DNA of 64,000 nucleotides from Glaucostegus cemiculus (lineage: Eukaryota): positions 20,708,001-20,772,000 of the forward strand of contig CDPCPM010000037.1 of NCBI GenBank assembly GCA_976551045.1, in the 5' to 3' direction. The position numbers and the translations under genes are program-made. Below the pieces are notes generated by a model. The model was not told where the DNA came from. It saw only the letters and a list, made by a program, of their open reading frames with translations, and searched no databases. This document shows, piece after piece, positions 51,720-64,000 of the stretch; the stretch's first letter is position 1, and each line of letters opens with the position of its first letter.

Positions 51720-52960
51720 AGGGAAAATGCTGGAATCTATTAAGGTGTAAAAGGGAACACGGAAAATAATAAGATTGAATAGAGTTAACTTGGATTTATT
51801 AAAAGGAGATCATGTTTAACAAACCATTTGTAAATTCATGGGGTTGTAACTAGCACAGGAGATAAGGGTCAATGAGTTACAATGTATAGTTGGACTTTTA
51901 GAAAGCCTTCGGAAAGGGCTGCACTAGAGATTATTAAGCAAAATTAGAGCACGTGGTATTGAGGGTAATCTATTGTGAACTGAAGATTGGTTAATGTGCA
52001 GAAAACAGAGTAGGGATAAACTGGTCACTTTCATGTTTCAGGTGACCAGTGGGGTACCACATTAATCAGTGCCAATGACCTAATTGTTTATAATCTATAT
52101 CAATGATTTAGATGAGGCCCATCAAGGGAGTATGTTAATAATACCGAGTGGCTATGAAGAGGATGCAGAGATGCTTCAAGGAAGTGCTGTATGGTGAAGC
52201 TAATTGAATGGGCAAAGATTTGGCAGACGGAACAGAACGTCAAAAAATGTGATATTTTGCTCTGAGTAGAAAAAAATAGAGGGTACAAATATTTTTAAAT
52301 AATGAGAGATCAAAAGGTAGGTGTTTAAAGAGATATTGGTGTCCCTGCATACAAATCATTGACGTTAACGGGTAGGTTCAGCAAGTGATTAAGAAAGCAA
52401 ACAGCACATAGGCTTTTATTGCAAGAGAATTTGAGTGCTCAAAACGAAGAAAACCCCTAAGACTGCATTTGGAACACTGTGTACAGGTCTGGTGTCCCAA
52501 CCCAAGGACAGATATACTAGGAAAGGTTCACCAAATTGGTCCTGGGATGGTGGGTTTATATCGGAGGAGAAATTAAACTTGGAAAGATTGAAACCCTCTA
52601 GATTTTTGAAGGAGGAGATTTTTTTGGATATGACGCAGAGTTAATGTTTTCCCTGGCTGGGTTTCCTAAAATTAGGGATCACAGTCTCAAAACAAAACAA
52701 GGGGTTAGCCATTGAGTTCACAGTTGTGAAGAAATGTCTTTATTAAAGGCAGTGAATGTTTGGGATGGCCTATCCAAGAGGGCTGTGCAGGTTCACTTGC
52801 TGAGTGTATTTCCAGGTAGAGGTTGGAAGATTTTTTATACATTGAAGGAATCAAGAAATAAGAGGTTCGCCAGGAAAGTGCTGCAGAGGTAAAAGATCTT
52901 GGAATGCCTTGCAGGAACGAGGAGTTAAATGGCCCATTCCTGCTTCTATTTCTTACGTTT
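51720..52960 (+). mobile_element. CR1-type LINE RT/3' fragment (degenerate)
   Basis: ggatttattaaaaggagatcatgtttaacaaac, gacttttagaaagccttc, agtggggtaccac and aagaaagcaaac...ttttattgcaaga blocks. Confidence 0.8.
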
Positions 52961-53638
52961 GCATGCTCCTATGAGTTCAACTATGTTAAAACCTGAACTG
53001 TTCAAAATTTGAATTCAATGACAAAAGTAACACAAATGGCATTTAAAATTAAAGGTAAAAAAGGCAAAATCAGATTTGTGTTCTGTTACTTTGGAAAGTA
53101 AACTGCAGATATTTTTCTTCATGTGCATTAAAAATATCAGCTAGTATCTGCCAGTATTTTAACTTTAGTACCTAAAACTGCTGCAAAGAAAATGTAATGA
53201 TTAAGACAAGCTTGTCCTTGGCACTTTTTTGGGATGCCAATGTATATTTGTCACCCAGATAATGCAGGAGGAATACCAGTTTCAAATATTTATCTCTAAG
53301 GATTGATTTTAGGCTGGTTTTACTAAAGGCAAAAATGTTATCTAAAAATCCTTTTATCTTTACCACTTTCCTTCAAACAGCAACACCTGAAGATATTGCT
53401 GTTACCTGTGAAACAATTCCAAGAGTGCCATTCATCCTGAACTACCTTAACTAATTTGGTATCATTCAAATGCAGCTCTTGACAATAAATGTTTAGGTTA
53501 CTTGAACATAGGGATGACTGTTGTCAAACCTAGTCTGTCGGTACACTATTAGTAGAAACCACCTGATAGTGATCAAATGCATGAACTGGAGTAATTGCTG
53601 ATCAAACATAACTAAATTTTTCTGGAATTAATACATAC

Positions 53639-53755
53639 AGACCCTGGATTAAAACCTGAACTTTTCTACGGCTGAAACACTACTATATTTTGGCGGTGCT
53701 TCAGCTGTATCTTTTGACAGAGGGTAAAAAAAGTTTAGGTTTTAATCCAGGGTCT
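53639..53755. repeat. Palindromic MITE-like element
   Basis: 27-bp inverted repeats (26/27) at 53639-53665 and 53729-53755, plus an inner 14-bp imperfect stem. Confidence 0.8.
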
Positions 53756-55243
53756 ACACAAATTAACCAAGAGAAATGGTGTCTTTTTTTAAAAAAAAAG
53801 CAAATTATGTGCCCAATATGTGAAAGGGTAATACTTGTCACGTCATTAACGTGCAGTTAAGGACAAGTGCCATGGCCCTTATGAAGACCCATCAATTTAA
53901 GTGCACATTTTCAAAAAAATAGTAGGATCCCTGGTCTTCGTTATGTTACTTAATCTCGGTAATGAAGGCATCACACTTTCACAGGAGCTGGATATTGCCT
54001 TTTAACTACGGTGACAAAAGTGCGTCTTAACTGGCTTTTGTTTGAGTTAATTATTTCATATCCATGGAATAGAATTAAAATTGTCTAGTTTCCCTTACGT
54101 TCTAATTTGTTAGCTATGGTAAAACTTTTCATTCCACTATACTGACAAGTGCAAGGCTTCCCAAAATTAAATCTTTGCTTCAACAGAATCTGTTTATATT
54201 ACAACAAATTGTAATTAATGCATAATTCTGTGGTTGAACCTCAACTTGCTTATGAAAGAATAAAAATTGCATTTATTAATTGAATGTTTTTAAAATCAAA
54301 TGATTAATGTAGGAAGCCAGTTTTATTTGCACTGTGTTCACATGAGTTTTTGAAAAATACAAATAGTTGAATCTGAACTTTTGTGTTTAAAGTCAAGATC
54401 TGGCTGAAATACTAATCCTAATCCCATGTCAGGCATTATGCACTGGTCTGTTTTCCACTTCTTATTTACTAGGCTGATGGGGAAGCTTGAGGACTCAATT
54501 TAAGAAAGCATAAACTTAAATGCAAGATGTACATAGGCATGAAATAAACAGAATGTACATCAAGGGAATTCAGGCTCTGATGTACAAACACTGGGTCATT
54601 TTGCAATTCTGAGGTCAACTCATAGAACTTTGCCTGCCGTGAGCATAGATTGGGAATTTGGTTACAGATGCCAATGTGCCCAAATTCCAAATCTGCATGC
54701 TTAGCCAGCAGAAGTCGACAGCATGAGCACAAATTTGTAAAATGACACGAGCACATTCTACAATCAAGAAACTTACACTGAAGTTTACAGCAACAGGTTT
54801 CAGAACACTGAGATCAATCCATTTGAAATCAAACTGCTGGTAACTAAAAGAAATGACCGTCTAAAACAAAAGATCTAATCCACAAACAATACTTAATTTA
54901 GCAACAGTAGCAATGCACCTCAACTGTTATTTTTGCAACCACAGTTATTAAACTAAAGCAGATTTTACTGACAGTTCCTGGCAGGCCACTAGAAATGTAT
55001 ATATTTCCTATTCATGAACATGAATCATCTTCTTGTACCATGCACACTTCATTGGTACAAAGCTCTATGCTGATACAAGGTGTTTGTTACATGCAATGAG
55101 TTGTTAGTTTTTTTCTGTTAATGTCACCAAAATTTAAATTAAGGAACAGTATTAGAAAACTTCTATTATTTGTCACTACACCATGTAACATGACAAACCA
55201 GGATGTTGCCACAGGGATTAAGAGCAAAGAAAAATATTATTAC

Positions 55244-56533
55244 CTTTAAATCTGCTGAAAATTCTTTCCCTACAGAATCCATGGGCAAGTCCTGAGACAT
55301 TGAAGTCAAAGTGGACAAGAAACTCGCTGATTCTGTCAAATGGGGTAAAGGGGACAAACTCCTACTTTCTTCTCTGATGTTTTCACTAAGCCGATCAATT
55401 TTCTCAGTAACCGATGCCAATTCGGTCTTTAAGCCAAGAAGCCTTGAGTTAATGCTGCTCATTAAATTAGGGTCACTGATGTTTGTGGCTTCCTCACTGC
55501 TTTCCTTGATAGACTGCGTTGGTAAATCAATGGTCGAACAAAACTTGGAATCAGAAACGAAGCCACTTGTGTCTGAGATTAATAGATCAATAGCTTCACT
55601 AACAAGTTCAGCTTGGTCTTTAATACCGAACAGAATTTCGAGGTCTTTTGTTCCTAACAACCTACCAGTGAAGTCATCATTATCAGCGATTCTGCTGCTC
55701 CCACTTCCAGAGGTTCTCTCTTGAGTTTCTTTCAAATCATTTTCTCCTCCTACTGGTACTTCTCTTCGAGGATGCAAGGAAGAGATATCTAGAGAGTCAC
55801 TAACCTCTGTATCAAACTCTTTACAGCACTTTTGGCACTGGTAGGACGCCAAGTCATAGCGCTGAAGATTTGAAACGAGTACACGATTCTCATATTCCAG
55901 CTTCTTGACTTTCCCGTTGAGGTCACTGATTTGAAGTCTTGCTGACATGAGCTCCTCTTGGGAAGGCTCGTTCAACGATGGACAACTATCTGACCACGCT
56001 GACTCCTGATTACACTCACTTTTATATCGGTTTAGTTCATTCATGAGGTGTTTATTTTGGTCTTCTAACTCAATCAAGGATCGCCTCAGGAGTTCTGCCT
56101 CCTCTTCAACAAACTGAAGTTGACGCCGAAGTTCTCCAACGTTCTCCCCAAACTCGCCATAGCTTGTGCTGGTGATTCCCAGTCTGATGTCCTGGCCTAA
56201 AGGTTCTTTCTCACAGTGACCTTTCAACTCATCCATTTCAGCTTTGAGTCCACGGTTTTCCACCTCAAGTTCAACTGTCCTTCGGCTCAAAATGTTGGCT
56301 TCCTCCTCGACCAACTTTAGATGCAGTTTTAGCTCAGCTTCTCTCACATGAGGAGACTCCCCAATATCACCAACAGACACTGCGTTGTCTAAGTCGCCGT
56401 AGAGAGAGCTGTACTTCACCAGCTCCTCTCTCATGGTTTCATTCTCCTTTACTAACTTGGTCAGCTTTTTACACATCACGGCAGCTTCTTCTTTTGCAAA
56501 ATGGAGCTGGCACTTCAGGTCGGCGCTGTCCTC
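55244..56533 (-). CDS. SOGA1: SOGA1/MTCL2 coding exon B (1290 nt; EDSADLKCQLHFAKEE...KEFSADLK), SOGA coiled-coil repeats
   Basis: 437-aa ORF with KKLTKL.KEN, ELKLHLKLVEEEAN.LSRR.VELEVENRGL and LQFVEEEAELLRRS motifs typical of SOGA1; tgtaacag acceptor, AAG|GTAATA donor. Confidence 0.96.
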
Positions 56534-56609
56534 CTGTTACAAATTATAAGATGAACATAAATATAAAGGAGGACCAGGAAATAATGCTTAGTAGTTCAGA
56601 ACATGCATA

Positions 56610-56892
56610 GATAAGATTTCCTTATTAGTCACATGTACATTGAAACACACAGTGAAATGCATCTTTTGCGTAGAGTGTTCTGGGGGAAGCCCACAAGTGT
56701 CGCCATGCTTCTGGCGTCAACATAGCATGCCCACAACTTCCTAACTTTTACGTCTTTGGAATGTGGGAGGAAACTGGAGCACCTGGAGGAAATCCGCGCA
56801 GTCATGGGGAGAACATACAAACTCATTACAGACAGCAGCTGGAATTGAACCCCTGTCGCTGGCGCTGTAATAGCATTATGCTAACCGCTACA
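56610..56892 (-). mobile_element. tRNA-derived SINE, same subfamily as 1784-2063
   Basis: Reverse complement matches the head, core and ttaggaagttgtgggcatgctatgttg block. Confidence 0.85.
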
Positions 56893-58085
56893 TACCCTCC
56901 AGCTTTTAAATTGTCAAACAAGTTGACTGCACACAAGGGGAACAACATATTGCAAATTAAAGTTTATCACTGCTATCCTAACATTAACAATTCCCTATCA
57001 TGGACAAATACGTGCAGGCCAGCTGGGGAGAGGGTGATGATTCAGAGAGTGAATGGCTCCTCAGACACTTCATCTGCTGGTTGGCTTCAAACCAATTGAC
57101 AAAATATTTAGGAGAAACAGAATACGGAAAGAAAGGCAGCACCCCCTTGTCATCCTCGTACATAAAAACATGAAAGGTATGTTACGCAAAGCCTTAACTG
57201 AAGTATTATTGAAAAAGATTCAAAAACAAAATATGTATTATTGTGCATGCAAGCAACAGAAGACTCATCCAGAGATCATGAGCCTGTCTTAACTTGCTAA
57301 ATCTAACAAAGAAAGATACAAGCACTGCCAGCGAGTTACAGACTGCCCATTTCAAATTATGTACATCTTTCTAATATAAGAAATTACTCCTTTGCAAAAG
57401 TAGAAGCCATGATCCCTCAGTGAAAGCTCTCAGGCATTTTTCTAGGGTCTCCTAACACCAACCATCAATTCCCACTGCTAAAGTGAATAGAATTCTTATG
57501 TTGCGACCAAAGCTGTTCTGTAATTAGATGGTTTGAGAATCTTATTAAACTGTAGAACTGTTGGCAAAGAGCCATAGTTGTACTTAAGGAAGTTTTCAAG
57601 CAGCTTGTTCAAATACAGTACCCTCGGAGCTATCTAACCAGCTACTAGCAAGTTCTGAACTCCAGCAACAGCTGTAATACTGGCAGTGAAAACCTTTGTA
57701 ATGTGGTATGCACAAGAATATTTCCAGATATGGACATGAGTGCCACACTTAATCACATCTGTCCATTTCAGTTTGCAGTCACTTTGCCCAGATGACACGG
57801 CAGTGAACTTCTTGAAATATTACACTGCCATTAAAGATGATCCCTTGGATGACCCTTCTAATTACATGTCTGTTGTGTTACTTTTATTCCAGTTTTCTTT
57901 GATAATATACATATATTTTAACAGATAAATTCAAGGACCATCCTAACTAGCTTGTACACATACATAAGTCATTGCTGCTGTCTCATCTACTAGGAGGGTA
58001 AAGATTCTCACATGGAGGTCATACAACTGGAAAAATTTATTAAAAAAAAAACACTGTCCTCCATGAAACTGAACAGGCTCTGTAC

Positions 58086-58148
58086 CTGTGGCAAGGGTTT
58101 CTTTTCTTGTTTTGTGGTGACACGACTATTTCTCTTCTTCAGGGAACT
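58086..58148 (-). CDS. SOGA1: SOGA1/MTCL2 coding exon A (63 nt; SSLKKRNSRVTTKQEKKPLPQ)
   Basis: ctttccag acceptor and CAG|GTACAG donor on the minus strand; phase 0/0; peptide resembles the SLKKRG...KK..Q segment preceding EDSADLKCQLHFAKEE in SOGA1 (recalled). Confidence 0.88.
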
Positions 58149-59699
58149 CTGGAAAGAAAAGAAACAAGACACTTTGTTATATTTATAGATGCTTCAGATC
58201 AATGGATTTAATCTGTCCCAAAAATCAACTAACCAGTGGTCCACTACTCACTTTCCACAATCCCTGTTCCCTGCTTTTATTAAATCAAAAACATCATGTG
58301 CATACAATTATCTGTCACAGACAAGATCACTTAACTAAGGATAGCAGCCAGACACAAACTACACTGTTTACGCTCACTGAACATGGAGGAGATAAAAAGA
58401 CTAATAGAATTGAGTATTTGCTCATCAGGTTCATGGAGAGAAAGAAAATTACCACCATTTATTTCTGGTCGAACGTGATACAATAACATTTAGTTTTCTG
58501 ACTGGCCATGGGCATCTGTAAGCATGCACATAGTACAAAAAATTGGACTGAAGTAGGGTCAATCAAGGTGCACTTGACCTTGGATGAACTACTTTGTTTG
58601 ATCTTGTTCATAAATTAATCTGAATTGTCATCTCCCACTGAAATCCACATGGTGATGTTGAGTGGTACCAGCTGCTTCAGTACTTTAGAAAAAAGCCAGT
58701 GAATAGAACACATCTTTAATTCTAATCATAAAATGAAATGACTTCATATCCAAAAAGGTAAGATGATAAGCTCATTTTAAAACAAAATGAGCAGTATGGT
58801 AAAGTTCTGATAATCTGCTGTCTTATTGTTCGGAAATCCCAATCTTTAGGCATTTGGTTCACGTCGTTCTGTTTCACGCGTTTCCTGTAAACTCAGTGGG
58901 GCCCTGTTGCCCTGCTTCTTTTAAATTTACCTGGTTTTATTTCCCACAATCCCTTTGAACCCAGTAGGTTCACTGGAAAATTTATCATGCCACTACGAAA
59001 CATCTTAAAACAAAATGAATTAAACGTGCGTTGGTGTGTTAACAGGAGTAATATCCAATAGTCTGGAAGTCCCCAGGGTGCCAGATTAACAGTATGTTAT
59101 TGTACTCTGTTCTAAAAGCACCTTCAGACCATCCCTTTTTGGTTTCCATCTACCTTTCCATCTACTTAAAATTTTACTGGTTTATAATGGAAGAAATACT
59201 TTTATTACATACACACACCTTCCATTCATTTAAAATCTGTTACAGCCAACCTCTGTTCAAGCATTTAATTCTTTGCTAATAAAGTGATTCATTATTAGAA
59301 TAGAATTGAATACTTCATGCCCACTTCTGCAACAAGATCATCAATCATTGATTTCGATCAATAGAGGTGCATATGAAAAATGCTTGTGTCAGATATCAGT
59401 GGGCAAATTAAACAGTGCTTTATCGTTACTCTGGTCAAAAGAAAATTCGAGGTAAAATTTTCTCACTTGGTTACCTATCATCCATGTGTTTGATGACAGA
59501 CAATGACTCTTGGTCTACTAAGTGCCCTTTTAAAACAAAATCCTTCAAACTCAAATCACACCATTATTTGCTGCTCTCCCATTTTCTTAACCTTTTCGGA
59601 GCCCTCCACTTTATACTCCTTTGTATCCCCTTTGACCTTCTCTATTCTTTTGTCATTGCCACATTCAACGACCAGACCCCAAGCTCTGGGAACTCCTTC

Positions 59700-60690
59700 C
59701 GACAAGAACAAAAAATGAAAGCAGGAGTAGGCCATTTGGTCTTTGCTATTCAATACAGTCATGGATTAGCCTCTACCTCAATGTCATATTATACTCTCTT
59801 CACATTACCACTGATGCCTTGTGTGTAGAAATCTGTTTACCTCCTTCTGAAATATATTCAGTGACTCTGCTTCCTTCAGTGATAGAGAACTCCACAGGTT
59901 CATCACCACCCCTCCCCCCATGAATAAATTTCTCCATAACTCAGTTATGTTTTCACCAGTATTCTGAGACAATGAGCTCTTGTTCTAAATTAAAGGGAAA
60001 TGTCCTCCCAATGTTTTGTATATTTCAATGAGATTCCCCTCTCATCCTTCTAAACAGGAATGGTTAACCCATTGTACTCCTCTGTGGCAAGTAACCCTTA
60101 CCTAGGTAAGTTGACCGAAACTGTACACACTACTCCATATGTAATCTGTAGCAAAACACTTTTATCAAAACTTTTATCAAAGCCCCTTTTATCAAAACTT
60201 CTTGTAATGGCAGCCAACATACTAGTTACCTTCTTAACTGCTTGTTTTACCTGCATGTTTACTTTCAGAGATTGGTCTGCAAGGACATCCAGGTCCCTTT
60301 GTGCATCAACATTTTGCAATCTCCCACCAATTAAGTAATACTCTCTTTTTTCATTTCCTTTCAAAGTGGATAGCTTCATTTTTATCCTTTTTATACTAGA
60401 TCTAGCAGGCATTATACTTGTATTTGCCTATGTAGGCCTCTTTGATTTCTCCTCACAATTCACAGTCCCATGCATTTTGTGTTGTCAACAAACTTGAAAA
60501 TACTGCATTTGGTTCCTCATCCAAATCAATGACGTATATTGTGAATAGCTGCAGCCCACGCATTGATCCTTGTGGTACCTCAATAGTCGTAATGCTTGAA
60601 AGTTCCACTTATTCCCTCTCTCCATTATCCACCAGTCATCCAATTTTCAATCCATTCCAACATACTACCCAAATCCCTTGACCCAAAACC
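59700..60690 (-). mobile_element. CR1-type LINE 3' fragment
   Basis: YYLIGGRLQNVDAQRDLDVLADQSLKVNMQVKQAVKKVTSMLAAITR peptide; gcaggagtaggccatt tail. Confidence 0.85.
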
Positions 60691-63600
60691 TTTTCCCCTC
60701 TCCGATTTAAAGCTGCTGCATAAAACCCATCTACATGCTACCTTTCTCTTTGGCCGTGTATCCAATGTTGTCTGATTACGCTCCCGCAAAGCAACATGGG
60801 ATGTTTTGCTATGTTAAAGGTGCCTAAAATTGCAAACTGTTGTTGGTCAGAGGACTGTTAATGGAAATCATACTGTTAAATGAACAACTTGTAAGAAGTA
60901 TAATCACCAAACTATCACATTTTTCAGTGTTATTTTAAAGTTTCAGTGGCAACTAAAAAGAAAAAAATAATCAACAGAACACTTGGGAATTTAGAAGCTA
61001 TAAAAATCTTTGTTCCCCGAGAAATACATGATGAAAATCTTGAACAATTCATAATAAACATAACACTAGAGCATTTTGCCATATGTTAAATGAGGATTTC
61101 ATCTCCCTAGTTACAAGGCAACAGTTTTGAGATGTCAGCCTGGCTCAGATCCCAGAAAATTGCTTGATTTTCTCCACACATTCTTATGCGATGATGTTAA
61201 AATAACGTAGGCTTTAACTTAAAACTGAATTCTATTTGCATGGTCAAGATGCTCCTTTTGAAACAAGACTCTAGATAGGAAATTGCAAACAAACACATGC
61301 AGCACTGAATGACGGATTTATTCCCAAAATATCAATCACCACCAAATCCCAATGAAAGATTTAATACAACTTTTTTTTAAAACTGCACTAAATAGCTGAA
61401 TTAAATCTGTTATCCAATTTCAGAAACATTCACAACTGCACAGACATTGCCTTCGTGCACGTTCCACTCTCAAGAAAATAATCGTTGGCTGCATCATTCA
61501 ACGATGTGCTTGTTCTGTGGTCTCCAAGGTTAGAGAATTTATTCAATTACTTGAGGGCAAGTCTACTGACCAGCAACAATCAAATGCATCATTTATAGAT
61601 ATAGATTTGAGAAGTAACAATAATATGCTTCACATTTACTACCTGGATCTTGGAAACCAGTCAATTCAACTTTATTTGAATATAATCAAATTTCAATCGC
61701 TAAAATACCACAAAGATTACCAGACTCCAGAGAGGCTGCTACAGAAGCTCCCTCCACGGAGATCAATAATAATGTTCAGGTCAGTTGCATATTCCATTTA
61801 CTTGCTGGGATTTATCATAATAATCCCCAGGACTAAACAGGAAAATGGCATTGTGTAAATGCAGCACTGTAAGTTTACATAATCAGCTTGCAGTTCAGTT
61901 TGCAACTTCAATAAATATTTGGTATTGAGTCTTTCTGGCTGAATATATCTTATTACATCTGCTCACATGGCAACATGAAAGTGGCTTAATAATATGATAG
62001 GCTGTTGAGTACCCATAAACCAAGGGTTTGTTATCAAAGGAAAAAGGAGGGTTAGTTTTTCAAATTTGGTCAATTACAAGTATCTAAACCAAAATGCACA
62101 TAATCCCCATTAAATAACAGTTCAGAGATTTAGTACTTTCTGTATCAATGGTGGGCAACATTTTTGTGGAGGACCAGATTTAAAATCCAAGCCACTTCCC
62201 AAAGCCACACACGAGAAAAATATTTTAATTGTACATAATTCTGATATTTTTAGGCACGTTTAAAGACACAGACTCCAGTGTCTGGAAAGCTCCATTCAGC
62301 CTCCTTGTTATTGCTTTGTTGGCTTCATGCTGCCACCTCACAGCTCAACATCTTCAGTGCTCCTTTCCATCTTGCCAACGACCTCCACATATCTCATTAA
62401 ACAAAAACAAAATGAGATGAGATGGACTCTTGACCTCACAATCTACCTTGTTATGACCTTGCACCTTATTGTCTACCTGCAATGCACTTCCCTGTAGCTG
62501 TGACACTTTACTCTGTATTCCGTTATTGTTTTTACTCTGTACTACCTCAATGTACTGTGTAATGAATTGATCTGTACGAATGGTAGGCAGGACAAGTTTT
62601 TCACTGTACCTCAGTGACAATAATAAACCAATACCAATATCAATATCAGTAAATACTCAGCAGGTCAGGCAGTATTTGTGGAGAGAAAAACAGAGGTAAT
62701 GTTTCTGGTCAATGACTTTTTAATCAGAACTTACAAGTGGCCATCCATCAGAAACAATCACTGTGGATGCTGTCAGACCTACTGAGTATCTTGAACATTT
62801 ATTTTGTCTTTTTTCAAATTTCTGGCATCTACATTATTTTGTTTTTTGTCAGCTCCCTTCTTGTTTTAAAATTGATCAAGTCTTCCCGTTTGGTGAGGAG
62901 AAAAGATTTTTATTCGAATGGCCTAAACAAAGTCAACATTCACAATAATTGTGTGGAATTAGTGAAGCAGAGGTAAACTGTACATTGTGAAATAAAGTCG
63001 ACAATGAAACACTCCAAGCCATTTAGGAGAACACATAAAAACTTTAAAAAAAACTGGCTGTTCACAACTTCCTCTCAGAGGGCAAATATTTCCCATTCCC
63101 ATGATTCAGGGAGTTGGACACATTTCCTCCCTGCCCACCCTCAATAATGTCTGTATTTCAATGCATCAGTTTTTTCCAGTATCCCTTGTTCACAAGCTCG
63201 CACCTGTTTACAATAAGAATAACACAAGGGATGGAGGCAAGGGTAGAGCTGACAGTTGAAACAATCTTACAGCCTAGAACCCGCATGTCTAAAATAACTC
63301 TGTAGAATTGCAGTTAGACCTAATTGCAGTTAAACCTATGCCAAACACTGTTCTACAGAATTCTACACCGACTCACCAGTACTGTATCTCTATCAGACGG
63401 TGACCTATATCAACCCATCAGTACTGTGTCCCAGTGTTATACGGGGAAAGGTATTCCTAATACAAAAACAGAACATGCTGGAAACACTCTGCAGGTTAGG
63501 AAGCACCTATGGAAAGATATGCTGCTTTTCAGCATTTTCTATTTTTATTTCAGATTTTCCAGCATTTTCAAGCACGGTACTCCTGTTAACACAGTACCTG

Positions 63601-64000
63601 GCTGTACCCACCAGCATTGTGCTGTTGTTATACAGGGAAAGACCTATGCCTGCCAGTGGAGTACACCCATATCTTGACGTGGATACAGACCTGGATCAGG
63701 ATTTGGGCAGAGGGGACTGGACCATGCCCAACATGGTCCCTGGGTGTTTCAACCCTGTGCACCCGACTTGAGGCCTAGTTGGGGTCCAGATGGACACTGG
63801 GAGGTAGTTGAGCCCTACTTCTGGTCTGTAGCTACAGCTTCCAGTGCTGTTCCTCGTACCTGCAACCTTCTGCCTGACGATGTCATGGGGGATGTGGGTG
63901 TCCTGGTAATTTGCAGGAACCAGTATGATGAATAACTAGACAGGACCGAAGTGGATCTTGCAAGGTCACAGGGTCAGCCAGTGCTGGTGGACCACACGGA

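Noticed and set aside
54468-54491. Possible 24-nt microexon (SSSFPISL) on the minus strand
   Set aside because: Weak GAG acceptor and CTA|GTAAAT donor; indistinguishable from chance without RNA data
55166-55243. Read-through of exon B into the intron giving a hydrophobic tail (VIIFFFALNPCGNILVCHVTWCSDK*)
   Set aside because: A strong AAG|GTAATA donor explains the boundary; T-rich intron starts often translate as hydrophobic; no evidence of intronic polyadenylation
55311-55724. 137-aa plus-strand ORF and similar antisense ORFs over exons B and K
   Set aside because: Shadow ORFs of the real coding exons
63590-64000. GC-richer block at the window end, possibly a transposon or an upstream SOGA1 exon
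   Set aside because: Translations show no SOGA1-like coiled coil and no motif I can assign with confidence; truncated by the window edge

Overview
Eukaryotic, AT-rich, repeat-laden genomic DNA. The repeat families (tRNA-derived V-SINE-like SINEs, DeuSINE, CR1, Rex1/Babar, RTE, Harbinger) point to a cartilaginous fish, probably a batoid (inference). The main gene is the 3' part of SOGA1/MTCL2 on the minus strand. I reconstructed 11 coding exons by hand between 58148 and the stop codon at 25131 (4110 nt, 1369 aa, all GT-AG). A probable ~8.5 kb 3'UTR ends near an AATAAA at 16563-16568, and the 5' exons lie beyond the window. I recognised no protein-coding gene in 1-16500, only transposon fossils and a CpG-enriched, promoter-like patch. 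The most striking observation is a gap-free 91-nt inverted copy (80/91 identical) of the 3' end and 5' splice site of exon 42984-43214, lying ~1.6 kb away in the preceding intron. In the pre-mRNA it would pair over the exon end and donor, like an ADAR editing-complementary sequence or splice-site-masking element. It is interleaved with inverted SINE pairs that could form competing structures or a 564-nt in-frame circRNA. Repeat boundaries are approximate. Protein similarities are from recall, not from database searches.
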